A stretch of 64,000 nt of DNA, taken from Parasitella parasitica NRRL 2501 (lineage: Eukaryota; Fungi; Mucoromycota). Location: positions 29,141 through 93,140 of the forward strand of contig MU619362.1 of NCBI GenBank assembly GCA_025201805.1. Reading direction: 5' to 3'. Each line of letters begins with the position of its first letter. Position 1 is the stretch's first letter. Position numbers and translations under genes: made by a program. The notes under the pieces were generated by a model that made no database searches, was not told the DNA's origin, and worked only from the letters and a program-made list of their open reading frames with translations. Of this stretch, positions 1-13,371 are shown piece after piece.

Positions 1-642
1 TTGGTCGAGGTCTGGTTGGCCTATGATATGGTTGGATATACTGGGTTGGAAGCCCTCGTTTATCGAGCATTTGCCCGAGTCATGGAGCACACAGAATCAG
101 GACAAGTCGTCGTGCGCAATCCCAACAGTGATGATTCGAGCAATAGTACAGACATGGATCCTACTCACCGCGATCTGAACATGTGCGACTCTATCATCGA
201 TGGCACCAAGCTTGCAAAAGCAAACATTGACCATTTGATTAAGCAGCATTTTGTACCAGAGGAAAAGAGGCAGGGAGAAACCTTCCACCCTCAATCAGGC
301 GCTGTTCCAGTCATTCAGTGTCCTGTCTTTATGGCTATTCAGCCAGTTAAAATCGTCATGGCACCTATTGACGACCATGATACAGAGCAGCATCAAGTCA
401 GCTTCATCATCCTCATGGTGGACCCTACGCACCACCTGAAATTCAAGACATATTCTCAATCTTTGCCCCTAAGCTGGTTGGACATCCCCTACGAAGAAAA
501 CGAGTGGGTCGAGGATAAAATGGTAGACATTATTGGCATGTCTGTCACTTCAATTGCTCAGGATTATGTCTGGACCCGTATGTCTGGTAATACCACTAGT
601 ACAGCTATCCCAACGGAAAGTGATCAAGTACAAGAGGTCTAA
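1..642 (+). CDS. 3' part of a maintenance of telomere capping 1 (Mtc1/DUF5427)-like protein; 5' end lies outside the window
   Basis: Motifs LAYDMVGYTGLEALVYRAFARVME, FKTYSQSLPLSWL and EWVE...IAQDYVWTRM resemble fungal Mtc1-family proteins; stop codon ends at 642. Confidence 0.65.
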   Translation: MVEVWLAYDMVGYTGLEALVYRAFARVMEHTESGQVVVRNPNSDDSSNSTDMDPTHRDLNMCDSIIDGTKLAKANIDHLIKQHFVPEEKRQGETFHPQSGAVPVIQCPVFMAIQPVKIVMAPIDDHDTEQHQVSFIILMVDPTHHLKFKTYSQSLPLSWLDIPYEENEWVEDKMVDIIGMSVTSIAQDYVWTRMSGNTTSTAIPTESDQVQEV

Positions 643-1156
643 TACTTGTTTTATTTTATTTTTTCTTTTTGTTTGTAAAGTAATAAATGCGCCCGTGCAT
701 GGCAAGCAGATTTATGTAGCCAATGCATTATTTTCAATATCCATAAACATGTACATCGTGTGTGTCTTTAGGTTTAGCCGAAAAACAAACGTTAGCCTGA
801 GAAGTACATTGTTTATGGAAAAATCTTCATTATATAATGCATTTTTCCTGTGTAAATTTCTGGAATTACCAAGCTACCTTTTCCCACAATGGTAAAGTGT
901 TTGCAGAGAGCTGTCATGAATCGATAGAATCATCATGTATAGAGAAAACAAAGGTTTCATCAGATTGGCAAAACAAATACACCAACAAGCAGAGGCCAAT
1001 TGCGAATGGAGAAATAAGCAAAAAAAAAAAAAAAAAAAGTGTCAATGCATCGCAAGGTTTGTCCAACCTTATGCAAGATTACTTTTGTGTATAAAAAGGG
1101 AGGAAAAGATGGGTGTTTCATACTATTTTCTCTCTCTTTCCTATATTTTTCTTAAT

Positions 1157-2305
1157 ATGCTGGCATCTGATTCTTTCTCAAATTTAAAAGGCAAAGTTGC
1201 TGTTCTTACTGGCGCCAGTCGTGGTATTGGTAAAGCCATCGCTGACGTTTTGGTTGAACATGGCGCCTTTGTTGTCATTGGTGATATTTTGGAAGCAGAA
1301 GGAGAGCAAGTTGTTGCTGATTACAACGCCAAGGCCGGCACCAAAGTAGCTGCTTTTATTCGTACCGACGTAACAAAATACAGTGATAACCAGGCCCTTT
1401 TCAAACTAGCAGACGCTGAATTTGGTGGTGTTGATGTAAGTACTTTTTAGTCGGCCCTTCAGCGAAACGCTCCTTTGACATTCTGTTGTGTCTTTAGTAT
1501 GCCTTGCTGAATGCTGGCATTGGCTCCAACGCAAACTCGATGTTCACCGAGATGGATGATGAGCTGGAAGAAAGAATGATTGATATCAATACCACGGCTG
1601 TCATCAAGGGGACAAAGGTAGCCCTTTTGCATATGTCTAAGCGAGGCGGTGGATCTATTGTCCATCTGGCCTCTGTTGCAGGCTTCTTTTCTTCGCCGTA
1701 AGTCTATGATACAATCACCAGGTATGCATAATGTCTGACAAAACCTTGTAAATGAAAAAGGAGCCTTGCTAGTTATAACGCTTCCAAGCATGGTGTTATT
1801 GGTTACACTCGCTCCTTCCAACTAATGCCACATATCTGCAATGTTCGTGTCAATGCTATTTGCCCATACTGGGTTGGTAAGGATGATACATTTGAAACAC
1901 ACACATACACACGCACACACGCTAATTTATCATTTAGAAACTGATTTGATCTCATCTGTGAAAAGCACAGGAGAGGAAGAGGATCCCTATTATAATGTTA
2001 TTCAGAATTCTCCTCGCACCTCAATTAAAACTGTCATTGACGGCTTCTTGACATTGGTGTTGGATGAAGCAAGAAACAGTAAGCATCAAATGTACTGCTA
2101 CATAGCCATTTGAGCTAATTTTGCTCCACATATAGCTCAGACATTGATGGCTGTTCCCGAGGGTCTAAAAGTTATGGAGCCCTTGGTACCATTAGCCTCT
2201 TTCAGCAATGAGAAGACCGCACAACTGCAAGAGAAATATTTGGCTGCTGCAATTCAAAGTGGCAGAACCCAGCTCGCTGCAGCAATCGAAAGATACGGCA
2301 TCTAA
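1157..2305 (+). CDS. Short-chain dehydrogenase/reductase (15-hydroxyprostaglandin dehydrogenase-like), multi-exon
   Basis: TGASRGIG Rossmann motif, LNAGI, SxAG, catalytic YNASK, RVNAICP; 4 short GT-AG introns. Confidence 0.9.
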
Positions 2306-2450
2306 CAAGCTTCAAGAACTAATGAAAAAAAAAAGGCTATGGTATTGAATAAGCAAAAGAGACTTATCAAATAGGCCTTAGTTAGCGCAGGCATCCTGAT
2401 TTATCGTTCAAATGCATTAAAGCTTTTTTTTTTTTTTTTTTTTTTTTTTT

Positions 2451-2460
2451 NNNNNNNNNN
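2451..2460. other. Assembly gap (10 N) next to a poly-T run
   Basis: nnnnnnnnnn in the sequence. Confidence 0.99.
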
Positions 2461-3897
2461 TTTTATCCGATCAACTGCGTGGTTGAACTTGAGCGCCAAC
2501 ATAGTGGATAAATGTAGCTTACATTTTTAGTTTAAAGAAGCCCAAGTTTGATCAGATGCAAATTCACCAAACAAAAGGCACTTTTAAATGTGATGATTTG
2601 CAACACACTCATTTTACCATCAGAAATCAAATGTGCTTTCGTAGATTTACGATTGATCTTGCTTGTGAAATCAACAGAATGATATGCCCTGACTTTTCTA
2701 AAAAGTCAATGATCACAAACTAAAGGAACGACACGTTTCTGTGCTAGGAGTAGTGTTTTAAACCGCATTTTTAGTTGTGTTGAAATACAATGCAATTGAA
2801 TAAATTATTTGAAAATGTATTTATAGTCTAAATGTATCAATTGCGGCTGTTTTAGCCGAGCAGTAGCACTGTGCATGTATTTTTATACCGAGAAAACGTT
2901 AAGCAGGAGGTGCAAAGATTCATTAGTATTAGCAAATGATCAATTCCCCCCCCCCCCAAAAGGCATGTAAGAAAGAAAGAAGGAGGGTCCGTAGAAACAC
3001 TCAAAGAATCACTCAAAGAAGCCATGCAAAGCATTTACAGTAATGTTCTACGAGATGTATGAACATGCTCATCACGGTTGCTCGTTAGTGTATTTTTCTT
3101 TACAAATATACCAAGGTAATGATCATATAAAGACTGTATATTTGGGAAAGTTTAAATTGTATAATTTCACTAGTCCAAGATTGAATATTTCCCTCCCTTG
3201 CCTCTTATTACCACTCGTAGTAATCAAGCTCTCTTTTCTATATAAAATGTATAAATCCTCGAGAATATTTTGTCTCCTCTCTTGCTTCGAGAGGAGGAGA
3301 AGAAGGGGGAGGTAATTTTATATTAATTCCAAGGGCTTGTATATACAATAGTCTTTTTTTTTCTTTCTTTAAATGACAAAAGAACGATATGCATTTATAC
3401 GTTGACGAGAAGAGGGTACTGTATATATCAACGATCATTTATATTGATATTTTCGAACAATGAAAAATATGCGGATCAGCTGATGTGCATAGTATAAGGC
3501 AATTACGAGCATGTAATATGCATATAATTCAATTGTAACTAATCTCCAGTGGCAAATTCCATATTAATCAATATTTTAAGGAGCTTTTGGATTTTTGGAT
3601 ACAATCAATAAAGTTACGTTCGAAATCTGGTTATTGCCATAAACATATCAAGCACGTTGCAGCATGCTTGATTCGCATATTGAAGATGAATATATATAGC
3701 TTTACTATTACCAGATGCTCCCCCTGTCTTTTCAATTCTTTATATTCAAATAAAACGTGCATTTTTACTGTTTGTATTCTTTCACAGCCTCCTGAAAACT
3801 GACATTTCTGATCTCGTCAAGTATAAAAACTTTTTCATTTTCAAGCTTTCCTTCCCTCCTCTCCCTTCCATTTCTTAAATATTTTATTATACTTGCA

Positions 3898-4625
3898 ATG
3901 AAATTCTTATTGATTGCGTACATTTTTACATTCCTCTTTACATTTTCCAAAGCTGCAAATAGCACGCCATTCGGTAGACGTGGTGTTGCACGTATCATGG
4001 ATCCGAGCCAGTATGGCGGCATTAACAGTAATAGTTTAGACAAAAGACACAGAGTCACCTGGTTAGTTTGCTTGATTTGCAGCTGTTGGCAGTAACTGAC
4101 TCTATTTATACAGGTACTCTGGTAATGATCTTAAAAAGGCTGCTTGTTACTCTGGCAGAAACAACTTGCCCCGTGTTGATGCCAAGATTACAGACATGAT
4201 TGGAGCCATGGTAAGCCTTTTTTTTTTTTTTTTTACCAACTCAATTAATCAACAAACCTGATTGATTTTTTTCAATCGCAATACTGATGTATATCATGCT
4301 TTTTTTTTTTTTTTTTTTTTATAGTAAGCTTGACAGTTAGACTTACATGAAAACCACCATGTTCTTTTAGGCAATGCATAATTTTGAGCAGTGTTACAAG
4401 TGCATGGAAATCACAAACAACCGCCAGAAGCACAAAAAGATTATCGTCAAGATCATTGACTTGTGCGCAGCATGCAAGGTTGGAAAAGCAATCGACTTGA
4501 CCCCAACAGCCTTCAAAAAACTTGCTCCTCAAGGAGATTTGGATATTGGTGTACTTGATATTAGTTTCAGGCCTGTGAAATGCCCCAAGGGTGGTATATT
4601 TGACGTACTTAGCAAGATCTTGTAA
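3898..4625 (+). CDS. Secreted RlpA-like double-psi beta-barrel (expansin/barwin-like) protein, 3 exons
   Basis: Signal peptide MKFLLIAYIFTFLFTFSKA, KR site, VTWY...AACY, CYKCMEI, VKIIDLCAAC, IDLTPTAFKKLA. Confidence 0.85.
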
Positions 4626-5606
4626 GCCCACATGTTATTTGTTGATAATTCATCGTTCGGTTTATTCGTTGTAACATCTGTTATTTTAACATTGTTGTAA
4701 AATCAAAATCTACTACATATCCATGCACACCATACCAAATATAATAAACAACATCTGTTACCTCTTAGAATCAGATATATCCTTATAGCTGCTTTTCTTC
4801 ATCACTCTAAACCACATAACGTACACACAGTGGAACATGTGTTTATTGCTATTTCAAATTTAAATGACTTTCCAAGATAATCAATATTCTTTTGAGGAGC
4901 CTCTCTATGGCGAACCAGTGGTATGTCAAGGGGAATGCTTGCAAAAAGACCGTAAAACAACTATTGCCATTGGGGCACGCAAGCTTCCAAATGTACCAAT
5001 TGTTATCCAGAATTATGTCCAGAATCCCGATCTGCGCACCCCCATAAGAACGAAGGTCGAATTTTTCACCGTAGCTCGGTGTGTGTGTGGGGGGGGGTAG
5101 ATTACAGCCCACGTCTTGTGCGTTTTTCTACACATGTGATTGATTTTGCACTCGAAATTTCGCTTACATTGAGACTGCCATTAGGACAAATTTAATTTGA
5201 AAGTAATCTAAAGATGGATAAAATCAGACAAGTATAGATGAAGCCACTACCAGAACAAATATACAGGGAATCCGAGATTGCGCTAATCCAATGGGTGTAG
5301 CTGGCTTTGGCGCGCAAAATACTTTTTAGATGCAACCATGTACCGTACGTCATGTTCAATACAATCGGAAACAAACGGCGCGACCACGATGTTAAATAGT
5401 ATCAAGGCGTTGGTTCGTTCGTATTCAGGGTTCCAGACTCGATTATGTAAACGCAAACAAAGTTTTCATTGGTGTAGCTGATGATGTTGGTGCTTCGAGT
5501 GATTTTATGTCACAAAAAGGGAATGATACTGTACAATACTAATGTTTTATTTCAATTGATGTAAGGAGGCTGTTTTCTATCTGTATGTTATGAGTCTCAA
5601 GTGGAA

Positions 5607-6153
5607 TTAATTAATGCGTTGGCGCATAAAGACATGCACATGAGGCAATTTACGAACGCTTTGAATTTCTGGTGGGTTTACAAAATACACCCACTCGTAC
5701 TGCTTGTGTCCATAGTTTGATTCCAAAATGTGTTCAATGTAGTCTCTAGAAAGAGGAATTTGGGACCAGAGCAGGATGTGCTGGATACCTGCCTCTACCG
5801 AATAAGGGAAATCATTGGGGAGGATGACGACAGGTGGGCGATTCCTATCTTGAATAGGCTCGAAGCGCAGCTTTGTAGAGAGGAGGTAGTTTTCAATAGA
5901 GCCATATTTGCTCAGTGTATCCTCCATCCATTGGTTGTAGACAGCTTGGACTTGCTTGCTGCGATGAATCGACTTGATTTGATTTGTAGCTGTTTCGAGG
6001 GTGCTGGTGTTAATATGCAATGCAAATGTAATGTACCAGATGCTTACAAACATAATAGTGGACCTCGTCCCAAGTGAATACTTGATCTTGATCGTGTTTT
6101 GAGGGAGTGGCTAAACCAGATGTACGAGCAGCAAGAACAACGTTTGGCGGCAT
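5607..6153 (-). CDS. DUF3605 / GIG1-like (HIT-like HVHVF) protein, 2 exons
   Basis: Exon 1 MPPNVV...FTWDEVHYYV, then an intron, then ILPNDFPYSVEAGIQHILLWS and FVNPPEIQSVRKLPHVHVF. Confidence 0.8.
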
Positions 6154-6421
6154 ATTTTGAAGCTAGTCTATGATAGTTGAAAGAAAAGAGCAGGGCTAGC
6201 AAAATTAAGGGTCCATCCGTTTTTATATATGCGATAATGAGTGGGTCAACGTTTTTGCATTAAACGTCATTGGACTACACTGTCATGCAAGCAAACCAAT
6301 ATAAACCCTGCTTCTGCTTACCAAAATTGGAAAACCTCATAAGCACGCCCCCTTCTCTCTCTCTCTCTCACTCTCTCTCTTCTTTTTAGCTTCTTTTTTT
6401 CTTTTTCTTTCCACACAATAA

Positions 6422-8565
6422 ATGGCATCATCGCATTTTCACAAGAAAGGTACCCAAGATGAGTATATACAGCAACTACTAGCACTGTTTCCAAGAGGAG
6501 GTAAATTCGTTGCGCTATGCATATGTGTGTATTTGATGACAGCTGGAAAGATTCACAGCGCAAATCAATAGATCCAGACTATTTTCGCCATTGCCTCGAA
6601 TACTATAAACAGAATCCAGTTGAAAGAATCACGGAGAAAATCCTGGTCGATTTAGGCGGTCATTATCCACAGATACCAGTGCCCCAGCAGCCACATGATA
6701 ACCGATTAAATTCGTGCCTACGTATACTCGCCCTCGACATATTTCCAGGCTGCGATATTAGTTTTTTGAGGGAGCAGTTACTGCAGTGTCAATTTGCTCA
6801 TGTCGAGAGCGTAGTGGATGTTTTGCTGGAAAAGGGCAATAAATGGCCAGAGAGGTTGAATTATGGCAAAATGGATTCTTCCGAAGGAATTAGAAGCGAG
6901 AAGTACAAACGCCAGGCTCAACTGCAACTGACAAAGGATTATCCGCAGGTAAGAAAGCAACAGCCATACGCTGTGCCCATCGTTCTCTCAGCACTCGTGT
7001 ATTTATTTATATAATATACATATATATATATGTGTATATACAGGTTTGGAAGTCGTCTATTCGAGCTGTGCTGGCAGAAAATAATTGGGATTATATTCAC
7101 AGTTTCGATCAGCTCAAGGAGATGGGATCAGGTGGATTTTGGAATACGCTGCGGAACCTTCTCATGCATTGGTCAACAACAAGCAGTCTGCCTGCACATG
7201 GCCCAATTTCGGATCATGACTTATTGGAGCAATTGAAACAAATAAATCAACGCAGTATTGATTTGCAAATCCTGGACGACAAAAATTTAGCACTGAAAAT
7301 CAATCTAATCGAATACACAGATAATCAGCAGCTGATGGCCTGTGATTGTTGCTATGGGGACCTCACTTTTGAGCAGCTTTCATTTTGCACAGAAGGGAGC
7401 CATGCATTCTGTCATGACTGTATCAATCACTACATGTCGGAGGGACTATTTGGCCAAGGTGCATTGCGGGGCCAATCACGTATTCAGTGCATTTCTTCAA
7501 CAGTCGACTGTCAGGGCTGCTTACCTACACAAATGTTACAACGTGTGGTGAGCCAAGACGTTTGGAAGGCTTACGAGAATGCATTGTTGGAAAATTGCCA
7601 CCGTCTTGACGAGCAACGTATCCAATGCTGCGGCTGCTCCTACTTTGAGCTAGATAAATCCACAAAACCTCTGCATTCCACATTAGTCTATGCAAATCAC
7701 GCAATACAGCATATAGCTCGATGGATCATGGTAGTTGAAATATTGGCCTTTAGTTTTGTAGCGTACAAAGAAGATAACCTTTCTCTTCTTTTTCTTGCTT
7801 CATCATTGCTATCATTACTCATTCAATCGATTTGTTTCCATCAGTGGGACCTGAAGAATGACTTGGAAATTGCGTATGCCAGAGTAGCTCGATCAAGACG
7901 AGGTGTTTCGTTTGTGTGTCAAAATCCAGCTTGTAGAACCATCACATGCTTGGATTGCCGCCGTCCTATGCGGGGGCCACATAAATGCTGGGAAAAAGAA
8001 ACGGATGGTCTTCGACTCTATGTAGAAAAGGCTATGGCAGATGCAGTGAAGCGCACAGTAAGCAAAATTTCTATCGTAGGGCTCTTATTGCAATCATATA
8101 TATATCTATATATCTACATTTATATCTAGTGTCCGAATTGCTCATTGTCGTTTCAAAAATCGGATGGCTGCAACAAAATTGTGTGCCGGTGTGGTTATGC
8201 AATGTGCTATGTCTGCAGAAAAGACATTGCAAAAGGTACATATCGACTCTTTGTCCAAAATGAATGACGACTTAATCCAAATAATAGAATCCTACTCCCA
8301 TTTTTGTCAGCATTTTCGTTATAGACCTGGCACAAAATGCGTTCAATGCAGCAAATGTGATTTATACAAGACAGATCCTGAGGATGAACTCGTTCAGCGT
8401 GCGTCTGCAAGAGCCAAGAAGCAGTATCTTCAGGCGCATCCTCAAGTGGCAAATCAGGCAAATCGCAATCGCATTGGACCCAAAAGTGCCGTTGATAAAA
8501 TTGTAGAATACAAGCAAACGTATGTATTATGGTGTTTGGAAAAAGTGCTTGATTTGGTAGTGTAA
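6422..8565 (+). CDS. RBR (RING1-IBR-RING2) E3 ubiquitin ligase, RNF216/TRIAD3-like, multi-exon
   Basis: RING1 CDCCY...C..HAFCHDC...C....C, IBR cysteine ligands, RING2 CPNCSLSFQKSDGCNKIVCRCGYAMCYVC, C-terminal YSHFCQH...CSKCDLY. Confidence 0.88.
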
Positions 8566-9790
8566 CCATTTTGCAGTGTATTATACCCCCCTCCCTTATT
8601 TTTTTCTTTTTTCTTTATTTGTTTTGAATACAGTTTCATCAATCTTCTTTATCTTATTCAAAGAGCAACTTTGCAACAACCTTGTGTTATACAAATGTAA
8701 TAAAATTATGGATTTGCAGGATCTGCGCTTCATATTTTTTTGAAACTATAAGGAGAACCTAAAACACTGCAAGAAGTCCTGCTTTTGACATTTTGTGGTC
8801 ATTTATTTTGGTAAACAATAAAGGCTTATTTGTTTGTTATTATGGCCTAATATTAACAACTTATTAGATCATAATAATGTCCCATAGTATGGCTATAAAC
8901 ATGCTACGTTAGTAAAAAAAAAAAAAAGTACCAACATGCCCTCCGTGTAATGTGATGATAACATCAAAGTTGTTTATATAGAAAGAAAAAGAGTCAACCA
9001 CTCCAGAGCAGGTGGGAAATAGACTATCATCATCTGTTACAAATTTATACAACACAATCAATACACTGGTAATGTGGCGATTAGAGTGCATTTAGCTAGT
9101 CAAATACTACCTCGTCTGACTACTGAATAATAAAATGTTGTAACTGCAGCAACACAGGCAAGGCCAAATCACGATCTTGCCATGTTTACTGTTAATGCTT
9201 GAGCACCTCTAATCGTTTAATAATAACGAAATAGTACAGAATATCGCATCATAGCAGTGCAATAAAGTTTCATCATTGTAAATACCAAGTATATGATAAT
9301 GTAACTCTCAGGCTAATTTTATTCTTTAATGCATGATTGGCAACATGTATTGTATTACAATGCGAAACTGATTGGCAAATGTACAATGTGATAATACATG
9401 TATTGTCAACATTCTCGTATCTTATCAATATTTTATACGCGCACCGAATACACGTGAAGGAGACGCTCCTGCTCCTTATCATCTCACATAAAAATGCGAA
9501 AGCCAGGTATTGTGTAATGAAAGATAATTATTTTCACACGATGGTCAGTAGAGAGGGTGGGTAGGTTAGATTTCCTTTTCGAGTGAGTTTCTCGCAATAA
9601 GAAACGGAAATGTCGCCATAAAATGGCGCAATCCAGTTATATCATGATATGAACATTCCGATTTTATCATTACATTTCAGGCACAAAAAAGAGAGAGAGA
9701 ACGAGAGAATTTCGTTTCTCGTTCTTTTCTCTTTCACTTTCTTTCACTTTTTTTTTCTCAGTTTTGTGGTTCATACATATTATAGAAACG

Positions 9791-11016
9791 ATGGCAAACG
9801 AATCCAGCCCGTCCAACATTTTACCCCCAATTTCCATGCTCACATCTAGATCAACCAGCAACCAACAGACATTCATGCCAGCATCACCGCCTTCCTCTGG
9901 CTACGATAAACCACTGAAATCATTGACAATATTACCAAAACCACACCAGAGAGAGTATTTCAACAAGGAGAGGCAGTCAGAGTTGCTGTCTCCTCCTCTT
10001 TCTTCATCTACATACCATCAAAAACTACCTTCTACTCATTCTCCATCTTCTCCATCCTCATCTTCTTATACCCCAGCTACTACACCAGATCAGCATACCT
10101 TATGGGCATTATTCAGTCAATTTCAACACCACCAACAGCAACAACAGAAACAACAGCAACAACAGCAACAACAGCAACAACAGCAACAACAGCAACAACA
10201 GCAGCAACAGCAGCAACAGCAGCAAGAGAAGCAGCACAAAAACACAAATGCCTATAGATACTCTGTAAACGAAGCAGACTCAAGCCACCGACCGTCGGAT
10301 CCACTCTCTTCAACCAACACATCAGATCGAGTATTATCATCTGAAGAAGTTTTGGCAGAAAAAAGAAGAAGAAATGCAGGAGCAAGTGCGAGATTTCGCG
10401 ATCGTCGTAAGCAACGAGAACGAGAACTTCAAGGCAAATGCGATCAACTGGAACAGCGTTCCAAGGAATTTGAAAATGCATTAAGACGTATTGATTCAGA
10501 CCATCCGTTATTAGCATCAAAGCAACTATTACTTTCTGAGTATGATAATCGATGCTTCATGACATCATCTCCTCTACCTTCCTCTACTTCCACCATTACT
10601 TCCACTTCTGCTGTCACTGCTCCCTCTAGCACCAGCGATTATTCTTCGGATCATACTCTTTTTGATCGTGTTGGGCAATTGGAACATCTTATGGCTCGCT
10701 TCAAACAAGAAAAAGAAACAGATGTACAAAAGTTGGAAAAGCTTGAAAAGGAGGTATGTAAAAAAAGCTATTTCATTTGTATAATAGAGGAATTTACACT
10801 GACACATAATCCACTCATTAGAATGAATATCTGCGTTCTTTGCTAGTGCCAATGGGCTTACCTTCCGTATCAAGAAGAGGCAGCGCCACTGATAGCGATA
10901 GCTCCTTTACCAGCCATGCTTCTGCTACCAATAAACGTAAACAGCATTCTTCTCGATACCAGCAAGACTATAAACGCATACATTTGTCTCCATCGTCTCG
11001 TCATTCCGACGATTAA
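9791..11016 (+). CDS. bZIP transcription factor (MetR/CYS-3-like basic region) with a polyQ tract, 2 exons
   Basis: EKRRRNAGASARFRDRRKQRERELQ basic region plus heptads; intron about 10754-10821; exon 2 NEYLRSLL...SDD*. Confidence 0.85.
10133..10225 (+). repeat. CAA/CAG trinucleotide repeat encoding polyQ
   Basis: About 30 Gln codons interrupted by one Lys. Confidence 0.95.
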
Positions 11017-11767
11017 ATAGATTTGAACTAGTATATTAAATTACTATGCATACACACCCCAATGTAATGAGTTATGATGAATAATAAAACAGTATTTATG
11101 AGATTTTCTCATGTGAACCGCGCATTAAAATACAAGTATATTCTACTTTTATGGTTTTCATTCATGGCAGTGTCATAGAATGACAAAAATGCTTGTCATT
11201 CAAGTCTCGCTGTCTACTTTATGAACACATTCTGCAGCCGTATATTCATTCTAAACTATCGCAATACGCTTGCTACCAAGTTTGTTGTGAAATAAAAGGT
11301 CTTGATTTAGCATATTGACGTAGATGTGAATTAGCAGTATCCTACTTATTCGAAATTAGCTTGGTAGACTTAAATTTATGGATCAAATAATACACTTCTA
11401 CTATTTGAAAAGCTGTCTTATCCGTCTTTGATTTGAATAAATGATCTAATGCAGCAAATAATGCTGCAAGAGTACTAGAACCAGTAGCAAATAGTGCCTT
11501 ATTTTAATTCGTCAGTTTAAGGATTTGTTAGGGACAAACTGCTTTGCACATTGCTTTTGATACACATATCGCCCAATGGAAATCAAATTCCTATGGGATA
11601 GTCCTAATTGTGTATAAGTTTAAGACAGGCTTTATTTTGCTTTGTATTAAAACGTATATGCGGATATATGTAGTTTTTATATGAAAATCACTGGTTTCGG
11701 CTTATAACTTCCTATATTTATATCAACTTTTTTTATCGATAGTACGAATATACTTATAAGATAACGC

Positions 11768-12009
11768 TGTGTTATCCAGGTTAGACCTTGCTTCTATGGT
11801 TCATTTAGCAGAAGCTATGACGAAATGTTTGTTAATTATGAAAATCAAAACTGTTTGGAAGACGGTCAAGGTAAAACAGTTGATAAGCAAGTGATGCTCA
11901 GATAGCCCTGGTTATGCCTATATAAATCAAACTTTAAATAGATTTTATTTTGCTCTTCATTAAAGCGTGCCCACGTTTATGTATAATTTTTGTAGCGATT
12001 CACATTACA
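11768..12009 (+). mobile_element. Putative solo-LTR-like remnant
   Basis: TG...CA ends with internal CCTATATAAAT and ATTAAA; no TSD found. Confidence 0.35.
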
Positions 12010-12249
12010 TTGATGTCTCATTTTTATATAAAATATCCAATTAGTATAAATAGGCCTAACTTTTACCAGATATTGGAACCTTTGTGAAAACAACCATCTA
12101 ATTCTAGTTCTGCTTGTTCTTGTTCTTGTTCTTGTTCTATTTAATACTATAATTAAAACTTGGATTAGATCTTACTACTCTAGTCGATCTGCTCCTTCTG
12201 ATCAACATATATCATCATAAAGGAGTTTATCACCATAAACTTACACTAT

Positions 12250-12382
12250 ACATTGCTGTCAATTACTACTTGTCTGGTAATATCCACAATGTATATTATA
12301 TAGTAAGCAATGGCCAAAATAGTAATCTTAGCAATTAGAAATGCCACCTTGACAATAAAATAATACATCATTCTACCCTTTT
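12250..12382 (-). repeat. Dispersed repeat, inverted copy of 22992-23123
   Basis: Reverse complement aaaagggtagaatgatgta...tgtcaag...atttctaattgct...gtggatattac...agtagtaattgacagcaatgt aligns by eye with 22992-23123. Confidence 0.8.
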
Positions 12383-13371
12383 GCCGATAAATTATTTTAC
12401 TCCATCACATTTCAAAGATAGTTTTGTATACATGCTTTTTTTTTTTGCCAATACAAAAAATTTCATATAAACGCACGCATATTTTGATAAAGAGAAAAGC
12501 AAGATAATTTTTGTATTTGGCTGATAGAAACGCAATTGCTATCTGGCGAGTATCATAGAGTTGGTAATTACACTAGACTGAATATATAGAGATTATACAA
12601 AAAAAAATATGATGATGAGGCTGTGATATACACACACACTGGCTACATGTGTAGTACCAATTCTTACAAGCACTACACGCATTCTGGTTTACTACGGATC
12701 AGCAGTATACAACATTTCATATCAAATTGCCCTCACTGAACAATATCGTAATATCTCTCACAGTTGCCATGGTAATGCCAAGATAAGGCAGAGGGCTTTG
12801 CCACGTCAAGGCATAGGCCAACTATTTAGTATGTCACATCTGCCCATGTTCCTGGGTCAATCTTGAGAATGAAACATATCACACTAAGTGATAGTGTCAT
12901 TTGTATACAAATAATGGTGTTGTATCCGATATTTTCTATCTCATCAAAGTGGGATCTACAGACTCTGAAGAATCGATTATGTATCAAGCTTCCCGTTTTT
13001 AAAACCTTGAGCATGACCATCCATGTACACATTGAGCTGCTGATTGATTGAAGAAAACATCAGGAATAAATTGTTTTGCTATATTTTTATAGGGTAGGAT
13101 ACCAGATTTTATGACTATATTGATGCTTTCATATTCAAATGAATGTACTGTAAACTGATTACTTTTTGTGATTGTGCAAATAAATAAGGAAAGGGAAGGA
13201 TTTGAGCGTGCGGTTGTAATTCAAAAAATGAAAATTTTGTGCGATTAACTTAAAAATATTCTATGTCAAAAGGGATGGAAGGGGATATAACGAAGGATAT
13301 AGGGGAAAATTTGGGTATCATAGATTCCTTTTTTTGTGAGGTTTTCGCTCTCTTTTTTTTTTTCAGGTATT

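Noticed and set aside
2424-2525. Possible retroposon 3' end (small hairpin plus A tail on the minus strand)
   Set aside because: Spans an assembly gap; no TSD or coding remnant found
4864-5100. 78-aa ORF
   Set aside because: No recognisable motif and it ends in microsatellite-like sequence; cannot be supported
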